From the IMG/VR virus record IMGVR_UViG_3300037440_000397, positions 58,574-78,573 of that record: a stretch of 20,000 nucleotides of DNA; one strand, written 5' to 3'. Origin of the DNA: an uncultured virus (IMG/VR IMGVR_UViG_3300037440_000397) (Duplodnaviria > Heunggongvirae > Uroviricota > Caudoviricetes). Positions 1 to 7,371 of the stretch are shown here, piece by piece; position 1 is the stretch's first letter, and each line of letters begins with the position of its first letter. The position numbers and the translations under genes were made by a program. Under the pieces are notes generated by a model that searched no databases, was not told the origin of the DNA, and saw nothing but the letters and a program-made list of their open reading frames with translations.

Positions 1-91
1 ACCGCGCTGGTCTCCACGGTGACGGGGGCTGCTGTCCTTTCCAGTCCCGTGCACGGCGCCTGCGCTCCGCCTCCCCAGCAGCCCTGCTCAC
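1..91 (-). CDS. 5' end of a gene running off the left edge (MSRAAGEAERRRRARDWKGQQPPSPWRPAR...)
   Basis: GTG at 89-91 overlaps the TGA of the upstream gene (GTGA). The frame is open to position 1. Function unknown. Confidence 0.4.
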   Translation of the reverse strand, partial: MSRAAGEAERRRRARDWKGQQPPSPWRPAR

Positions 92-270
92 AGCAGTTCG
101 ACCGTCCACACCGTGTCCGCCGCGTCCGGAGGCAGCACGTGACCGACGTAGCCGTTCGCTTCTGTGCTCAGGCACAGGACGCCGAACTCGCCCGCCTCGA
201 CGCTGATCCCTTCGGCGCCCAGCTCGTTGAGGAGGGCCGCCAGCCGCTGCGTTGCTTCCTGCGGGGTCAA
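88..270 (-). CDS. small hypothetical phage protein (60 aa)
   Basis: TTG start at 268-270 overlaps the stop of the DUF616-like gene (TTGA); natural-looking sequence (MTPQEATQRLAALLNELGAEG...). Confidence 0.6.
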   Translation of the reverse strand: MTPQEATQRLAALLNELGAEGISVEAGEFGVLCLSTEANGYVGHVLPPDAADTVWTVELL

Positions 271-920
271 TGCCGTCCGCTCCCCTCGTACTTCAGCCAC
301 GCGTTCGCCAAATGCTTCCCCGGCAGACTCGCGGGCTTCAGCTTCGCCTGCCGCAGCACGAACGGCTGCGACACCTGATCCCGCGCCGACCCGCTCTCGA
401 CCTCACGCGCCCACGCTGCGCCCATCCGCCGCACTGCCGTCGTATGCCGGCGGGCGATCACACCCGACGCCCACAGCCCCCAGCCGGTGGGGTGCCCGGC
501 CTCGCGGTAGCGCTTCGTCTGCCACGCCGCCACGCCGTCCGGGTCCTTGCCGAGTGCGGCGATCTCGATCGCCTCGTCGTACAGGCACGACCGCCACGGG
601 TGCTCGAACTGCGCGATCGGCTTCGCCAGAGCGAGCGCCTCAACCGCAAAGTCCGAGGAGACGACACGGAACGACGCGTCGATCCAGACCGAAGCCGCAG
701 CGTCCGTGTACTTCCACGGCTCGAACTTCGCCACCTTCGCCGCACGCACCGGCAGCACATCCGGCTGAGGCTCCACCACCACACGCCAGCCCTTGGCGTC
801 CACAGGCTCCGCGTCGGTGACGAACACCCAGTCCACCTCGACGCCAGCCTGCGCCAGCACCGGCTTCACCGGGTCGTAGGCGTCGTAGCACGCGGTCACA
901 ATCGCGATATCAGCGGGCAT
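267..920 (-). CDS. DUF616 (TOD1/MUCI70-like) glycosyltransferase-like protein
   Basis: Motifs IAIVTACYDAYD, VFVTD, SVWIDAS (DxD-like), HPWRSCLYDEA, GLWASGVIARRH and RDQVSQPFV match the recognised DUF616 pattern. Confidence 0.8.
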   Translation of the reverse strand: MPADIAIVTACYDAYDPVKPVLAQAGVEVDWVFVTDAEPVDAKGWRVVVEPQPDVLPVRAAKVAKFEPWKYTDAAASVWIDASFRVVSSDFAVEALALAKPIAQFEHPWRSCLYDEAIEIAALGKDPDGVAAWQTKRYREAGHPTGWGLWASGVIARRHTTAVRRMGAAWAREVESGSARDQVSQPFVLRQAKLKPASLPGKHLANAWLKYEGSGRH

Positions 921-1725
921 CGCGGTACCACCTCACAGTCTCAGCAATCCGGTCCCAATCAAGCTCCGGCTTCCAGTCCAGCCGGTCCCAGCCCTCACCC
1001 TCAGCAGTGATCTGCACCGGCACCTCACCCGCACGCATCGGCAGGTACTCGATGCCCGCCTTCGACCCGGTCTCCTTCAGGACGAACTCCGCCAGCTCGT
1101 TCACGGTGACCGCCTGCCCGGTGCCCGCGTCGAAGGTCTCGTCGTCCCCGAACGCCGTGGCCTCAACGAGCATCCGCCCGACGTCGTCCGCGTGCACGAG
1201 GTCCATGGCCTGCTCGCCGTCACCCCAGATCGGCAGCGGCCGGTTCTCCCACGCTGCACGCGCGAAGGTGGGCACGATCTTCTGCGGATGGCCCGGCCCG
1301 TAGTGCTGGTAGGGGCCGTAGCCGTTGAACGCGCGGACCGTCGACACGGGCAGCCCGTACGCGTGATGCCAGGCGGTGGTGAGCCTGCGGGCGGCGACCT
1401 TCGTCGCGGTATACACGCTCGGGAACGGATCCGGCATGCTGATGCCGACGTAGCGGGCGTCATGATCCCGACACCACTCCAGGATGCGGAGCGTGCCGAT
1501 GACGTTGACGTGGATGGCAGTCTCCGCCATGTCGAACAACTCGGACGTGCCGAGGACCCCGGCGAGGTGAATCACCGTGTCGGCGTCGCCGAGCGCGTCC
1601 AGACTGCCGAGGACGTCCAGGCCCTGCGTACGGTCGAACGCCCACACCTCATGCCCCGCCGCTTCGGCGGCTTGAATGGTGGCGCGGCCGAAGAAGCCTG
1701 CACCACCTGTTACTGCGATCTTCAA
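910..1725 (-). CDS. NAD-dependent epimerase/dehydratase (extended SDR)
   Basis: KIAVTGGAGFFG Rossmann motif, HLAG, YTATK (YxxxK), RAFNGYGP, WGDGEQAMDLVHADDV. TTG start with an AAGGAG RBS 6 nt upstream; the alternative is a GTG at 1746. Confidence 0.9.
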   Translation of the reverse strand: MKIAVTGGAGFFGRATIQAAEAAGHEVWAFDRTQGLDVLGSLDALGDADTVIHLAGVLGTSELFDMAETAIHVNVIGTLRILEWCRDHDARYVGISMPDPFPSVYTATKVAARRLTTAWHHAYGLPVSTVRAFNGYGPYQHYGPGHPQKIVPTFARAAWENRPLPIWGDGEQAMDLVHADDVGRMLVEATAFGDDETFDAGTGQAVTVNELAEFVLKETGSKAGIEYLPMRAGEVPVQITAEGEGWDRLDWKPELDWDRIAETVRWYRDAR

Positions 1726-1742
1726 CGGTTTCTCCTTGCTGG

Positions 1743-2420
1743 TCACCACGGCCTCTTCCCCCACTTCTTGCCGAACGTCTCCATGTCGCGTCCGGCTTGC
1801 GTCTGAAGCTCGGGGCGCTCGTACATCGAGCCGTTGGGGCACCGGTGCTCAACCGCCAGGCCCGGGACGAGGAGCGCACCGCCCCGCTCGCGTGCAACCC
1901 AGTCGATGTCGTCGTCACTCGCCCACCAGGCCATCGACTCGTCGAGACGGAGCCCGGCCTCACCGCGGAGCAGGTAGGCGTAGCCGGTGATCCGTGTCCG
2001 CAGGTCCACCGGTTCGGCCTTCGTGTGGAGGATCTGCCGTCGGCCGCCGTGCTGGTCTGGGTAGGCGAGCACCGCGGTGGTGGAGCGCATCGCCGTGGAC
2101 AGGCCGTCGATCCAACCAGCGGGGACGGTGACGTCGGAGTTGAGGACGGCGATGTCCCACCGGTCGGCGCCGTGGCTGTATGCGGTCAGGTCTGAGTTGG
2201 CGAGCCCGATGTTCCACAGCAGGCTGATGTTCGGTGGGTCGATTGGCGCCCACACCACATGCACCTTGCCGTGCCACGGCTCGGGGTCGATGCGCGGGTC
2301 GGAGAGGTTGTCGATGACGGTGACCTGGTCGACCTGGTCGACGACGGAGTTGATGCAGTCGGCGAGCATGTCGTGCCGGTTCCGCGTCGGGATCACCGCG
2401 GCCCGGAACAGGTCACCCAT
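1743..2420 (-). CDS. glycosyltransferase family 2 (GT-A fold)
   Basis: AVIPTRNRHDMLADCINSV, VIDNLSD, AVLNSDV and WWASDDDIDW are typical GT2 motifs. ATG at 2418-2420 overlaps the end of the upstream small ORF. Confidence 0.85.
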   Translation of the reverse strand: MGDLFRAAVIPTRNRHDMLADCINSVVDQVDQVTVIDNLSDPRIDPEPWHGKVHVVWAPIDPPNISLLWNIGLANSDLTAYSHGADRWDIAVLNSDVTVPAGWIDGLSTAMRSTTAVLAYPDQHGGRRQILHTKAEPVDLRTRITGYAYLLRGEAGLRLDESMAWWASDDDIDWVARERGGALLVPGLAVEHRCPNGSMYERPELQTQAGRDMETFGKKWGKRPW

Positions 2421-2640
2421 CGGTCGACTCCCGCAAGGATGCGCGCAGTACGTCGCCGATCTCCAGCAGGGCGTGTACAACGGCAGCGGTGGCGATGGCT
2501 TGGGCTTTCGCCGAGTGCGCCAGCATGACGTCGGTCCTGACTTCGCCAATGGGGATCTCGTTGAGGGCGGAAGCGACGCCGTCTAGGCATCCCTTGGCGG
2601 ACTTCCGGTGGGGCCCCTCTCCGGGGGCTGAGGCGCTCAC
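2413..2640 (-). CDS. small hypothetical protein (75 aa)
   Basis: GTG start overlaps the rmlB-like stop (GTGA). It fills the gap exactly and its 3' end overlaps the GT2 start. Confidence 0.6.
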   Translation of the reverse strand: MSASAPGEGPHRKSAKGCLDGVASALNEIPIGEVRTDVMLAHSAKAQAIATAAVVHALLEIGDVLRASLRESTDG

Positions 2641-3659
2641 GCGGCGAGCCACTGCGGGTTGTCGGCGTACCACTTCACGATGTCCGTCAGCGTGTCGTCC
2701 AGCGGCCGCGGACCAGGCCACCCAAGCCCGGCGAGCTTCGACCCGTCGAGCGCGTAACGGTGGTCGTGTCCCGGCCGTTGCCCGTGGTAATCGACGAGCT
2801 CGTAGTCGAGGGTGCGGCCAGCCGCGGCGGCCATGCGCTGGGCGACGTCGAGGTTGGTCGCCTCCTCACCGACGATGTTGTAGCGCAGCGGGCCGGTGGG
2901 CATCGTCGGGTAGTACGTCAGCCGCTCGTCGCCGTCGAAGTGCTCGGTGAGCCACAGCCACGCGTTGGCGAAGTCGCGGGCGTCGACCCAGCAGCGGGAG
3001 CCTGAGACGCCGTCGGGGCTGGCGTGGACAGTGAGCTTCTCCCCGCGGTAGATGGCGCGGGCGATCTTCGGAATGAACTTCTCCGCAGCCTGCGGGGCAG
3101 GGGAAAGGAGATTCATAGTGTTGGTGACCAGCAAAGGAATCCCGAGTGCGCGCCAGTACGAGTAGGCGATTGCCTCCTGCGCCGCCTTCGACGCGGCGTA
3201 CGGATTGGAGGGGCGGATGCTGTCCCACTCGTGATGCCGGTAGCCCTCGGCAGCCGGCCCGAACACCTCGTCGGTCGACATCTGCAGGAACATCCGCGGC
3301 TTCGCCACGCGCGCGTACTCCAGCATGTTCAGCATGAGCTCGACGTTGTTCCGCACGAACGACACCGGGTCGGTGAGGGAGCGGTCGACGTGGGACTCGG
3401 AGGCGATGTTCCACACGTAGTCGATCGGGCCGATCTGCTCGGCGAGGATCGGCGTGATCGGAAGCGCCAGGTCGTGGGCGATGACGTCGACCCGGTTGCG
3501 GGCGTCGGGCTGTGCGTCGAGGACGGCGTTGATGCGGGCGCCGTCGCCGTGGTGCCGGTACGACACCGGACACGTCACATGCCAGTCCGTGTTCGCGAGG
3601 ACGTGGGCGAGGACGGTCGAGCCGACGAACCCGGACGCCCCGCTCAGAAGAATGCGCAT
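2637..3659 (-). CDS. rmlB: dTDP-glucose 4,6-dehydratase-like (RmlB/RfbB family) NDP-sugar dehydratase
   Basis: SGASGFVG, ASESHVDRSL, STDEVFG (catalytic Thr-Asp-Glu), PSNPYAASK and RPGHDHRYALD are RmlB signature motifs. Confidence 0.88.
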   Translation of the reverse strand: MRILLSGASGFVGSTVLAHVLANTDWHVTCPVSYRHHGDGARINAVLDAQPDARNRVDVIAHDLALPITPILAEQIGPIDYVWNIASESHVDRSLTDPVSFVRNNVELMLNMLEYARVAKPRMFLQMSTDEVFGPAAEGYRHHEWDSIRPSNPYAASKAAQEAIAYSYWRALGIPLLVTNTMNLLSPAPQAAEKFIPKIARAIYRGEKLTVHASPDGVSGSRCWVDARDFANAWLWLTEHFDGDERLTYYPTMPTGPLRYNIVGEEATNLDVAQRMAAAAGRTLDYELVDYHGQRPGHDHRYALDGSKLAGLGWPGPRPLDDTLTDIVKWYADNPQWLAA

Positions 3660-3702
3660 GCGCGGGATGGTGCCAGCGGATCCGCGATGGTCATTCCGGA
3701 CG
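3657..3702 (-). promoter_or_regulatory. putative leaderless phage promoter, copy 1
   Basis: CGTCCGGAA-N21-CACCAT-N7-ATG with no RBS; same architecture as 4278-4323. Confidence 0.55.
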
Positions 3703-3740
3703 TCGGCGAAGGGCAGCAGGGCTGGCGCCCCGAGGTGCCG

Positions 3741-4280
3741 TCAGCCCGCCTCCAGCAGGCGCCCTTGCGCCGCCTCCAGTGCTGCAACGCGCTGCTCGTG
3801 CGGCAAGTCGAGAGCATCGAGGGCAGCGCCGAGCGCGTTCGCCACCAACTCGCCTTCGAGATCCAGGCGTCGTTCCAAGGCCACCATCACTCCAGCGTCT
3901 ACAGCCTGTTTCGCCGTGCTCGCGGCGAGCTTGCGTTCCTCACGGGACTGGGCGAGCCACGGCTGTAGCGCCTTGGGCGGCTGAAGCGGATCCCCGCCGC
4001 CGGCAACATGCTCGCGCAACTGCTGAAAAATGATGTTGTCGGTCCATGCCGCGCGGGCTGCGGCCGCGCGTACAAGGCCGAGCAGCGCCTCATGCGGGGT
4101 GACGTTCCGTTCGGCTGCGAGTTCTTGTGCCATGGCCCATGCCTCCTCAACGTGCTTCTGCCCGCCGCGGTGCCAGATGCAGGTTCCGTACCCGGGATGC
4201 GTGGTTCCTTGTCCGGCGGGTTTGTCGCACATGCGGCCGTTCAGGTTGCGGGCGGGGCACCGCGCCGGGTAGGCGGTCAT
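3741..4280 (-). CDS. probable terminase small subunit (HGGxSTG-like Cys/His N-terminal domain)
   Basis: C-x9-C...AGQGTTHPGYGTCIWHRGG resembles the actinophage terS-associated motif, followed by a helical C-terminus. Its position at the start of a late-looking block fits. ATG at 4278-4280 is preferred over the longer ORF call. Confidence 0.55.
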   Translation of the reverse strand: MTAYPARCPARNLNGRMCDKPAGQGTTHPGYGTCIWHRGGQKHVEEAWAMAQELAAERNVTPHEALLGLVRAAAARAAWTDNIIFQQLREHVAGGGDPLQPPKALQPWLAQSREERKLAASTAKQAVDAGVMVALERRLDLEGELVANALGAALDALDLPHEQRVAALEAAQGRLLEAG

Positions 4281-4323
4281 AGGGGTGATTGTGGCCCGGC
4301 GCGCGGTGGTGATCTTCCGGGCG
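4278..4323 (-). promoter_or_regulatory. putative leaderless phage promoter, copy 2
   Basis: CGCCCGGAA-N21-CACAAT-N7-ATG with no RBS. Confidence 0.55.
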
Positions 4324-4331
4324 CATACGGA

Positions 4332-4363
4332 GGCCCGGCCACGCACGGGGCGTGAGCCGGGCC
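4332..4363 (-). terminator. hairpin after the DUF4352-like gene
   Basis: GGCCCGGC-CACGC / GCGTG-A-GCCGGGCC stem about 20 nt after the stop codon. Confidence 0.55.
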
Positions 4364-4384
4364 AGTCGGCGGTTGCGGGGCTGG

Positions 4385-5026
4385 TCAGGACACGGCGACG
4401 CGCACCGAGTCACCGAGCCAACTGTCCGTGTAGGTCACGTACTCCGGCGTGAATTTGCCTTCGCCTGTGATGCTGCCGGAGACGTTCTCGCCCGGGGCCA
4501 GCTTCACGGTGTCGATCTGGTTCTCGTCGGCCGCGAGCTTGTGGGAGTGCTTCGTTCCCTTGCTGTCGGTGATTGCGAAGTACAGCGGGTTGACGCTGAT
4601 CGTGTCGTCGCTGTTGTTCGTGACGGTCACCTTGACGCTGGTGTAGTTGCTGCCGTCGGCGAGGATGCTCGGGGCGAACGCCGTCTCCTTCGCGGTGACC
4701 TTGACGGGCGGGTCTGGCTCGGGCTCCTCTTCGGCGGGCTCCTCCTGCTCCGCCTCAGCCTCAGCCTCAGTGTCCTCGTCGGCGCCGTTGTCCTTGGCGG
4801 TGGCGCCGGAGCTGACCGTGCTGCCCTTACTGCTGCTGTCGTCGGAGCCGCCGCCGAGGGCAGCACCGATGATGCCGATGATGACGAGCAGTGCGAAGAC
4901 GCCGGCGCAGCCGAGGCCGATGGTCTTCCCGGTGCTGTTCTTCTTCGGCGGGGGTGGTGGGGGTGTGCCCCATCCGGGTTGTTGTGGTCCGCCCCATCCG
5001 GGTTGCTGCGGGTATTGCTGGCTCAA
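4385..5026 (-). CDS. DUF4352-like single-pass membrane protein with an extracellular Ig-like domain
   Basis: Pro/Gln-rich N-terminus, PPPPKKN then a TM helix, acidic linker, then VKVTVTNNSDDTISVNPLYFAITDSKG...LAPGENVSGSITGE. TTG start with a G-rich RBS. Confidence 0.8.
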   Translation of the reverse strand: MSQQYPQQPGWGGPQQPGWGTPPPPPPKKNSTGKTIGLGCAGVFALLVIIGIIGAALGGGSDDSSSKGSTVSSGATAKDNGADEDTEAEAEAEQEEPAEEEPEPDPPVKVTAKETAFAPSILADGSNYTSVKVTVTNNSDDTISVNPLYFAITDSKGTKHSHKLAADENQIDTVKLAPGENVSGSITGEGKFTPEYVTYTDSWLGDSVRVAVS

Positions 5027-5134
5027 GGTTCCCCCCTTGTAGCGGTGTGCGTGAGATGGGGGACGTTATCCGATGTAGGTGGGGTGTGAAGGGGTGGGGT
5101 GTTTCTGTTACCGGGCTGGAGCGAATCGGTGAAG

Positions 5135-5175
5135 ACGAAAGGGCCCGCTCCCGGGTGGGGGCGGGCCTTCGGCGT
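5135..5175 (-). terminator. intrinsic terminator ending the 7274-5184 operon
   Basis: Minus strand ACGCCGAAGGCCCGCCCC...GGGAGCGGGCCCTTTCGT directly after the stop at 5184. Confidence 0.7.
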
Positions 5176-5183
5176 GCGCGGGG

Positions 5184-5465
5184 TCAGGCGTCGTAGACGC
5201 ATCCCTCGTGCGGGAAGTTGCACGGCCTGGGGTGCGACTTGGAGGCGTCGCGGACGGCGATGATGGCGCCGATCTCGTCCATGCTGAGGCCCTTGACGAG
5301 GCGGTAGCTCTCGCGCCAGTAGTCGGCCTCCATGTACTGGGCGTCGTTGTCGGCGAGGAGGGTTGTGGCGATCTCGCGGAGTTCGTCCATGTCGAGGCCT
5401 GGTGTGGTGAGGCGGGCGCGGATCGCGTCGATCTGCTCGTTCGTCATGGGGCTGCTGCTGGGCAT
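5184..5465 (-). CDS. hypothetical phage protein (93 aa)
   Basis: AGGAG RBS 7 nt before ATG; strong GC3 bias. Confidence 0.75.
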   Translation of the reverse strand: MPSSSPMTNEQIDAIRARLTTPGLDMDELREIATTLLADNDAQYMEADYWRESYRLVKGLSMDEIGAIIAVRDASKSHPRPCNFPHEGCVYDA

Positions 5466-5510
5466 CAGGGGCTCCTGTCGGCGGCGGGTTGGGCGTATGG
5501 CGGGGGTCAG

Positions 5511-5538
5511 GCGGGGCGCCCCGTCTCGGGCGCCCCGC
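5511..5538. other. intergenic hairpin (11-bp perfect stem)
   Basis: GCGGGGCGCCC-cgtctc-GGGCGCCCCGC; terminator or mRNA-processing/stability element. Confidence 0.6.
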
Positions 5539-5548
5539 GGAGTCCTGG

Positions 5549-5983
5549 TCAGCTCTCCCAGCCTCGGGCGACGTCCCGGGCGCGGCGGAGCGCGGACGCG
5601 AGCGGCATGCGCTGCGCCTCCGGGATGTGCATGCTCACGGTGACGTCCCGGACTGCCGAGTCGTAGCGGACATCAGTAACGGTCAGGACCATGCCGCCTT
5701 CGACTGGGGCCACGGTGAGCTCGTCGTCCAACGCGGTGGCGTGCTCCCATACGGTGCGGGTGTCGAGGGCGTGGAGCAGGCTGACCATGTAGGTCGTGGT
5801 GATGCCGATCTCCGCAGTCTGCGCGTGGCTTGCGGTGATGCGGACCATGATCTCGGCGTAGCCGCGGGCTTCGCGGAGGCCGGCGGGGATGACGCGCAGG
5901 GTGGTGGCGTCGGGGGTGGTGTGCTCCCAGGGTTGGGGGGTGAGTTCGGCGATGACCTGGTTGAGGGCGGTGTGGAAGTCCAC
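5549..5983 (-). CDS. hypothetical phage protein (144 aa)
   Basis: AAGGAG RBS before GTG; codon bias. Confidence 0.8.
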   Translation of the reverse strand: MDFHTALNQVIAELTPQPWEHTTPDATTLRVIPAGLREARGYAEIMVRITASHAQTAEIGITTTYMVSLLHALDTRTVWEHATALDDELTVAPVEGGMVLTVTDVRYDSAVRDVTVSMHIPEAQRMPLASALRRARDVARGWES

Positions 5984-6001
5984 GGGGGTTCTCCTTCGGG
6001 T

Positions 6002-6211
6002 TCAGGCGGGTGTGATGGAGTGGGCGCGGACGCAGGACGCGACGGTCCGCCCGGTGTCGTCTGCGAGTTGGAAGCGGACGGCGCCGTCGCCGAGGTTGCC
6101 GCAGTTCAGGCACGTGCAGGGGTAGGTGCGGTGGGTGCCGTGGAGATCAGTGAGGGTGCCGTGGTAGCGGACGCGGGTGCCGGGTTCCCAGCGGATCAGC
6201 GGGTTCAGCAT
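6002..6211 (-). CDS. small CxC-containing hypothetical protein, paralog A
   Basis: Aligns by eye with 6230-6433 (G..V.YHG..T...G, CxC, RF.L.D.DTGRT, VR..S.TP). Confidence 0.75.
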   Translation of the reverse strand: MLNPLIRWEPGTRVRYHGTLTDLHGTHRTYPCTCLNCGNLGDGAVRFQLADDTGRTVASCVRAHSITPA

Positions 6212-6229
6212 GGCGGCGTTCCGATCCGG

Positions 6230-6433
6230 TCAGGTAGGGGTGAGTGAGGTGGGTCGGACGTGCCATGCCGCGGTGCGGCCGGTGTCGGGGTCGGTGAGTT
6301 TGAAGCGTGGCTGGTCGATGGCGTGGGCGCGGCGGCAGGAGCAGAGCCACGCGCGGTAGGTGCGGCCGCGCTGGTGGGTGATGCTGCCGTGGTAGGTGAC
6401 GGGCTGGCCCTCGGTGTACGGGTAGGTGAGCAC
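6230..6433 (-). CDS. small CxC-containing hypothetical protein, paralog B
   Basis: GAGGAG RBS before GTG; paralog of 6002-6211. Confidence 0.75.
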   Translation of the reverse strand: MLTYPYTEGQPVTYHGSITHQRGRTYRAWLCSCRRAHAIDQPRFKLTDPDTGRTAAWHVRPTSLTPT

Positions 6434-6445
6434 GAGCGGGGCTCC

Positions 6446-6832
6446 TCAGGCGGCGAGTGCGGTGGCGAGCCAGAGGACGGCGATGAGGACCGGCTGTCCG
6501 CTGGCGTAGGCCGCTGCGGTGAGCTCGCGCACGGGGGCATCGATCGTGGCGAGGACGGCGCGGGCGGTGTCGGGCAGGTGCTCGTCGGCGGGGTGGCAGG
6601 CGATACCGAGCATGCGGGCGAAGGTGTCGCCCTGGCGCATGCGGTAGGCGTCGGCGTGGTTGGCGCGGTCGTTGAGGATCGGCTGGTTGTAGCCGACGGG
6701 GAGGCGGCGGCGGTCGATCTGGGAGAGGTAGTTGTCGGCGGCGGCCTGGATGATGCGGCGGCGGCCTGGGGTGGTGTGGGTGAGGGCGGTGAGGGCGTGG
6801 CGGGTTTGGCGGGTTTGGGTGGGGGTGGTCAT
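6446..6832 (-). CDS. hypothetical phage protein (128 aa)
   Basis: AAGGAG RBS before ATG; codon bias. Confidence 0.75.
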   Translation of the reverse strand: MTTPTQTRQTRHALTALTHTTPGRRRIIQAAADNYLSQIDRRRLPVGYNQPILNDRANHADAYRMRQGDTFARMLGIACHPADEHLPDTARAVLATIDAPVRELTAAAYASGQPVLIAVLWLATALAA

Positions 6833-6890
6833 CGGGGTCTCCTTGCGGGCCGTGCTGGCCTGGGTCGTCTGCTGCGCCGTGGAGTTGGTC

Positions 6891-7274
6891 TCAGGCGGCC
6901 TCCGCGTAGCGGGAGGCGAGCAGGTGCTGCGTGCCCTTGTAGCTGTAGAGGCCCTCGTACAGCGCCTCGTCGACGACCCCGTAGGCGTAGACGTGAATCC
7001 AACGGCCGGTGGTGCGGTGCTGCGTCCAGACCTTGACGGTGTCGCCGCCGTTCGCCGCGCGGTAGGCCTTCGCCACGTGCCGGCCGAACCAGCTCTTCAC
7101 GCCGTCCTTCAGATCTCCGCCGCCGACCCGCTCCAGGAAGTCGCCGGTCCGCACGAGCCGGCCGGCTTCGACGGCTGCGGCGATGTGGCCGGAGAGGGTG
7201 CGGTAGCCGAGGGCCTTGGTGGTGCGGACCGCGGTGCGGAGGGTGTTGCGGCGGGTGCGGGTCTTGGCGTTCAT
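6891..7274 (-). CDS. basic hypothetical phage protein (127 aa), first gene of the leftward operon
   Basis: GAGGGG RBS; downstream of a consensus promoter; Arg/Lys-rich N-terminus. Confidence 0.8.
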   Translation of the reverse strand: MNAKTRTRRNTLRTAVRTTKALGYRTLSGHIAAAVEAGRLVRTGDFLERVGGGDLKDGVKSWFGRHVAKAYRAANGGDTVKVWTQHRTTGRWIHVYAYGVVDEALYEGLYSYKGTQHLLASRYAEAA

Positions 7275-7305
7275 CTCGGGGTCCCCTCGTTGCGGTGATA
7301 CCTAC

Positions 7306-7335
7306 ATGGTAGGCCTACCGCATTACGCATGTCAA
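7306..7335 (-). promoter_or_regulatory. housekeeping sigma (HrdB-type) promoter overlapped by a palindromic operator
   Basis: TTGACA-N18-TACCAT on the minus strand. The perfect palindrome GGTAGGCCTACC (7308-7319) covers the spacer and -10. Confidence 0.75.
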
Positions 7336-7336
7336 C

Positions 7337-7365
7337 TAGACTAGGCCTATCCAATGAGGCAAACT
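7337..7365 (+). promoter_or_regulatory. putative leaderless promoter for the HTH gene, with a second operator copy
   Basis: TAGACT-N17-CAAACT-N6-ATG; TAGGCCTA palindrome at 7342-7349. Confidence 0.5.
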
Positions 7366-7371
7366 GGGGGT

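Noticed and set aside
267..3659. Sugar genes as part of an antibiotic or cell-wall polysaccharide cluster
   Set aside because: No rmlA/C/D, transporter, PKS/NRPS or flippase nearby; the genes are interspersed with phage-type micro-ORFs and follow a terS-like gene.
164..4355. Long plus-strand ORFs (e.g. 164-820, 252-1010, 3024-3968)
   Set aside because: Antisense shadows of motif-bearing minus-strand genes; expected in high-GC DNA; low-complexity Arg/Pro/Ala translations.
4955..5010. Short tandem repeat encoding PQQPGWG twice plus a poly-Pro tract
   Set aside because: Ordinary low-complexity N-terminus of an actinobacterial membrane protein.
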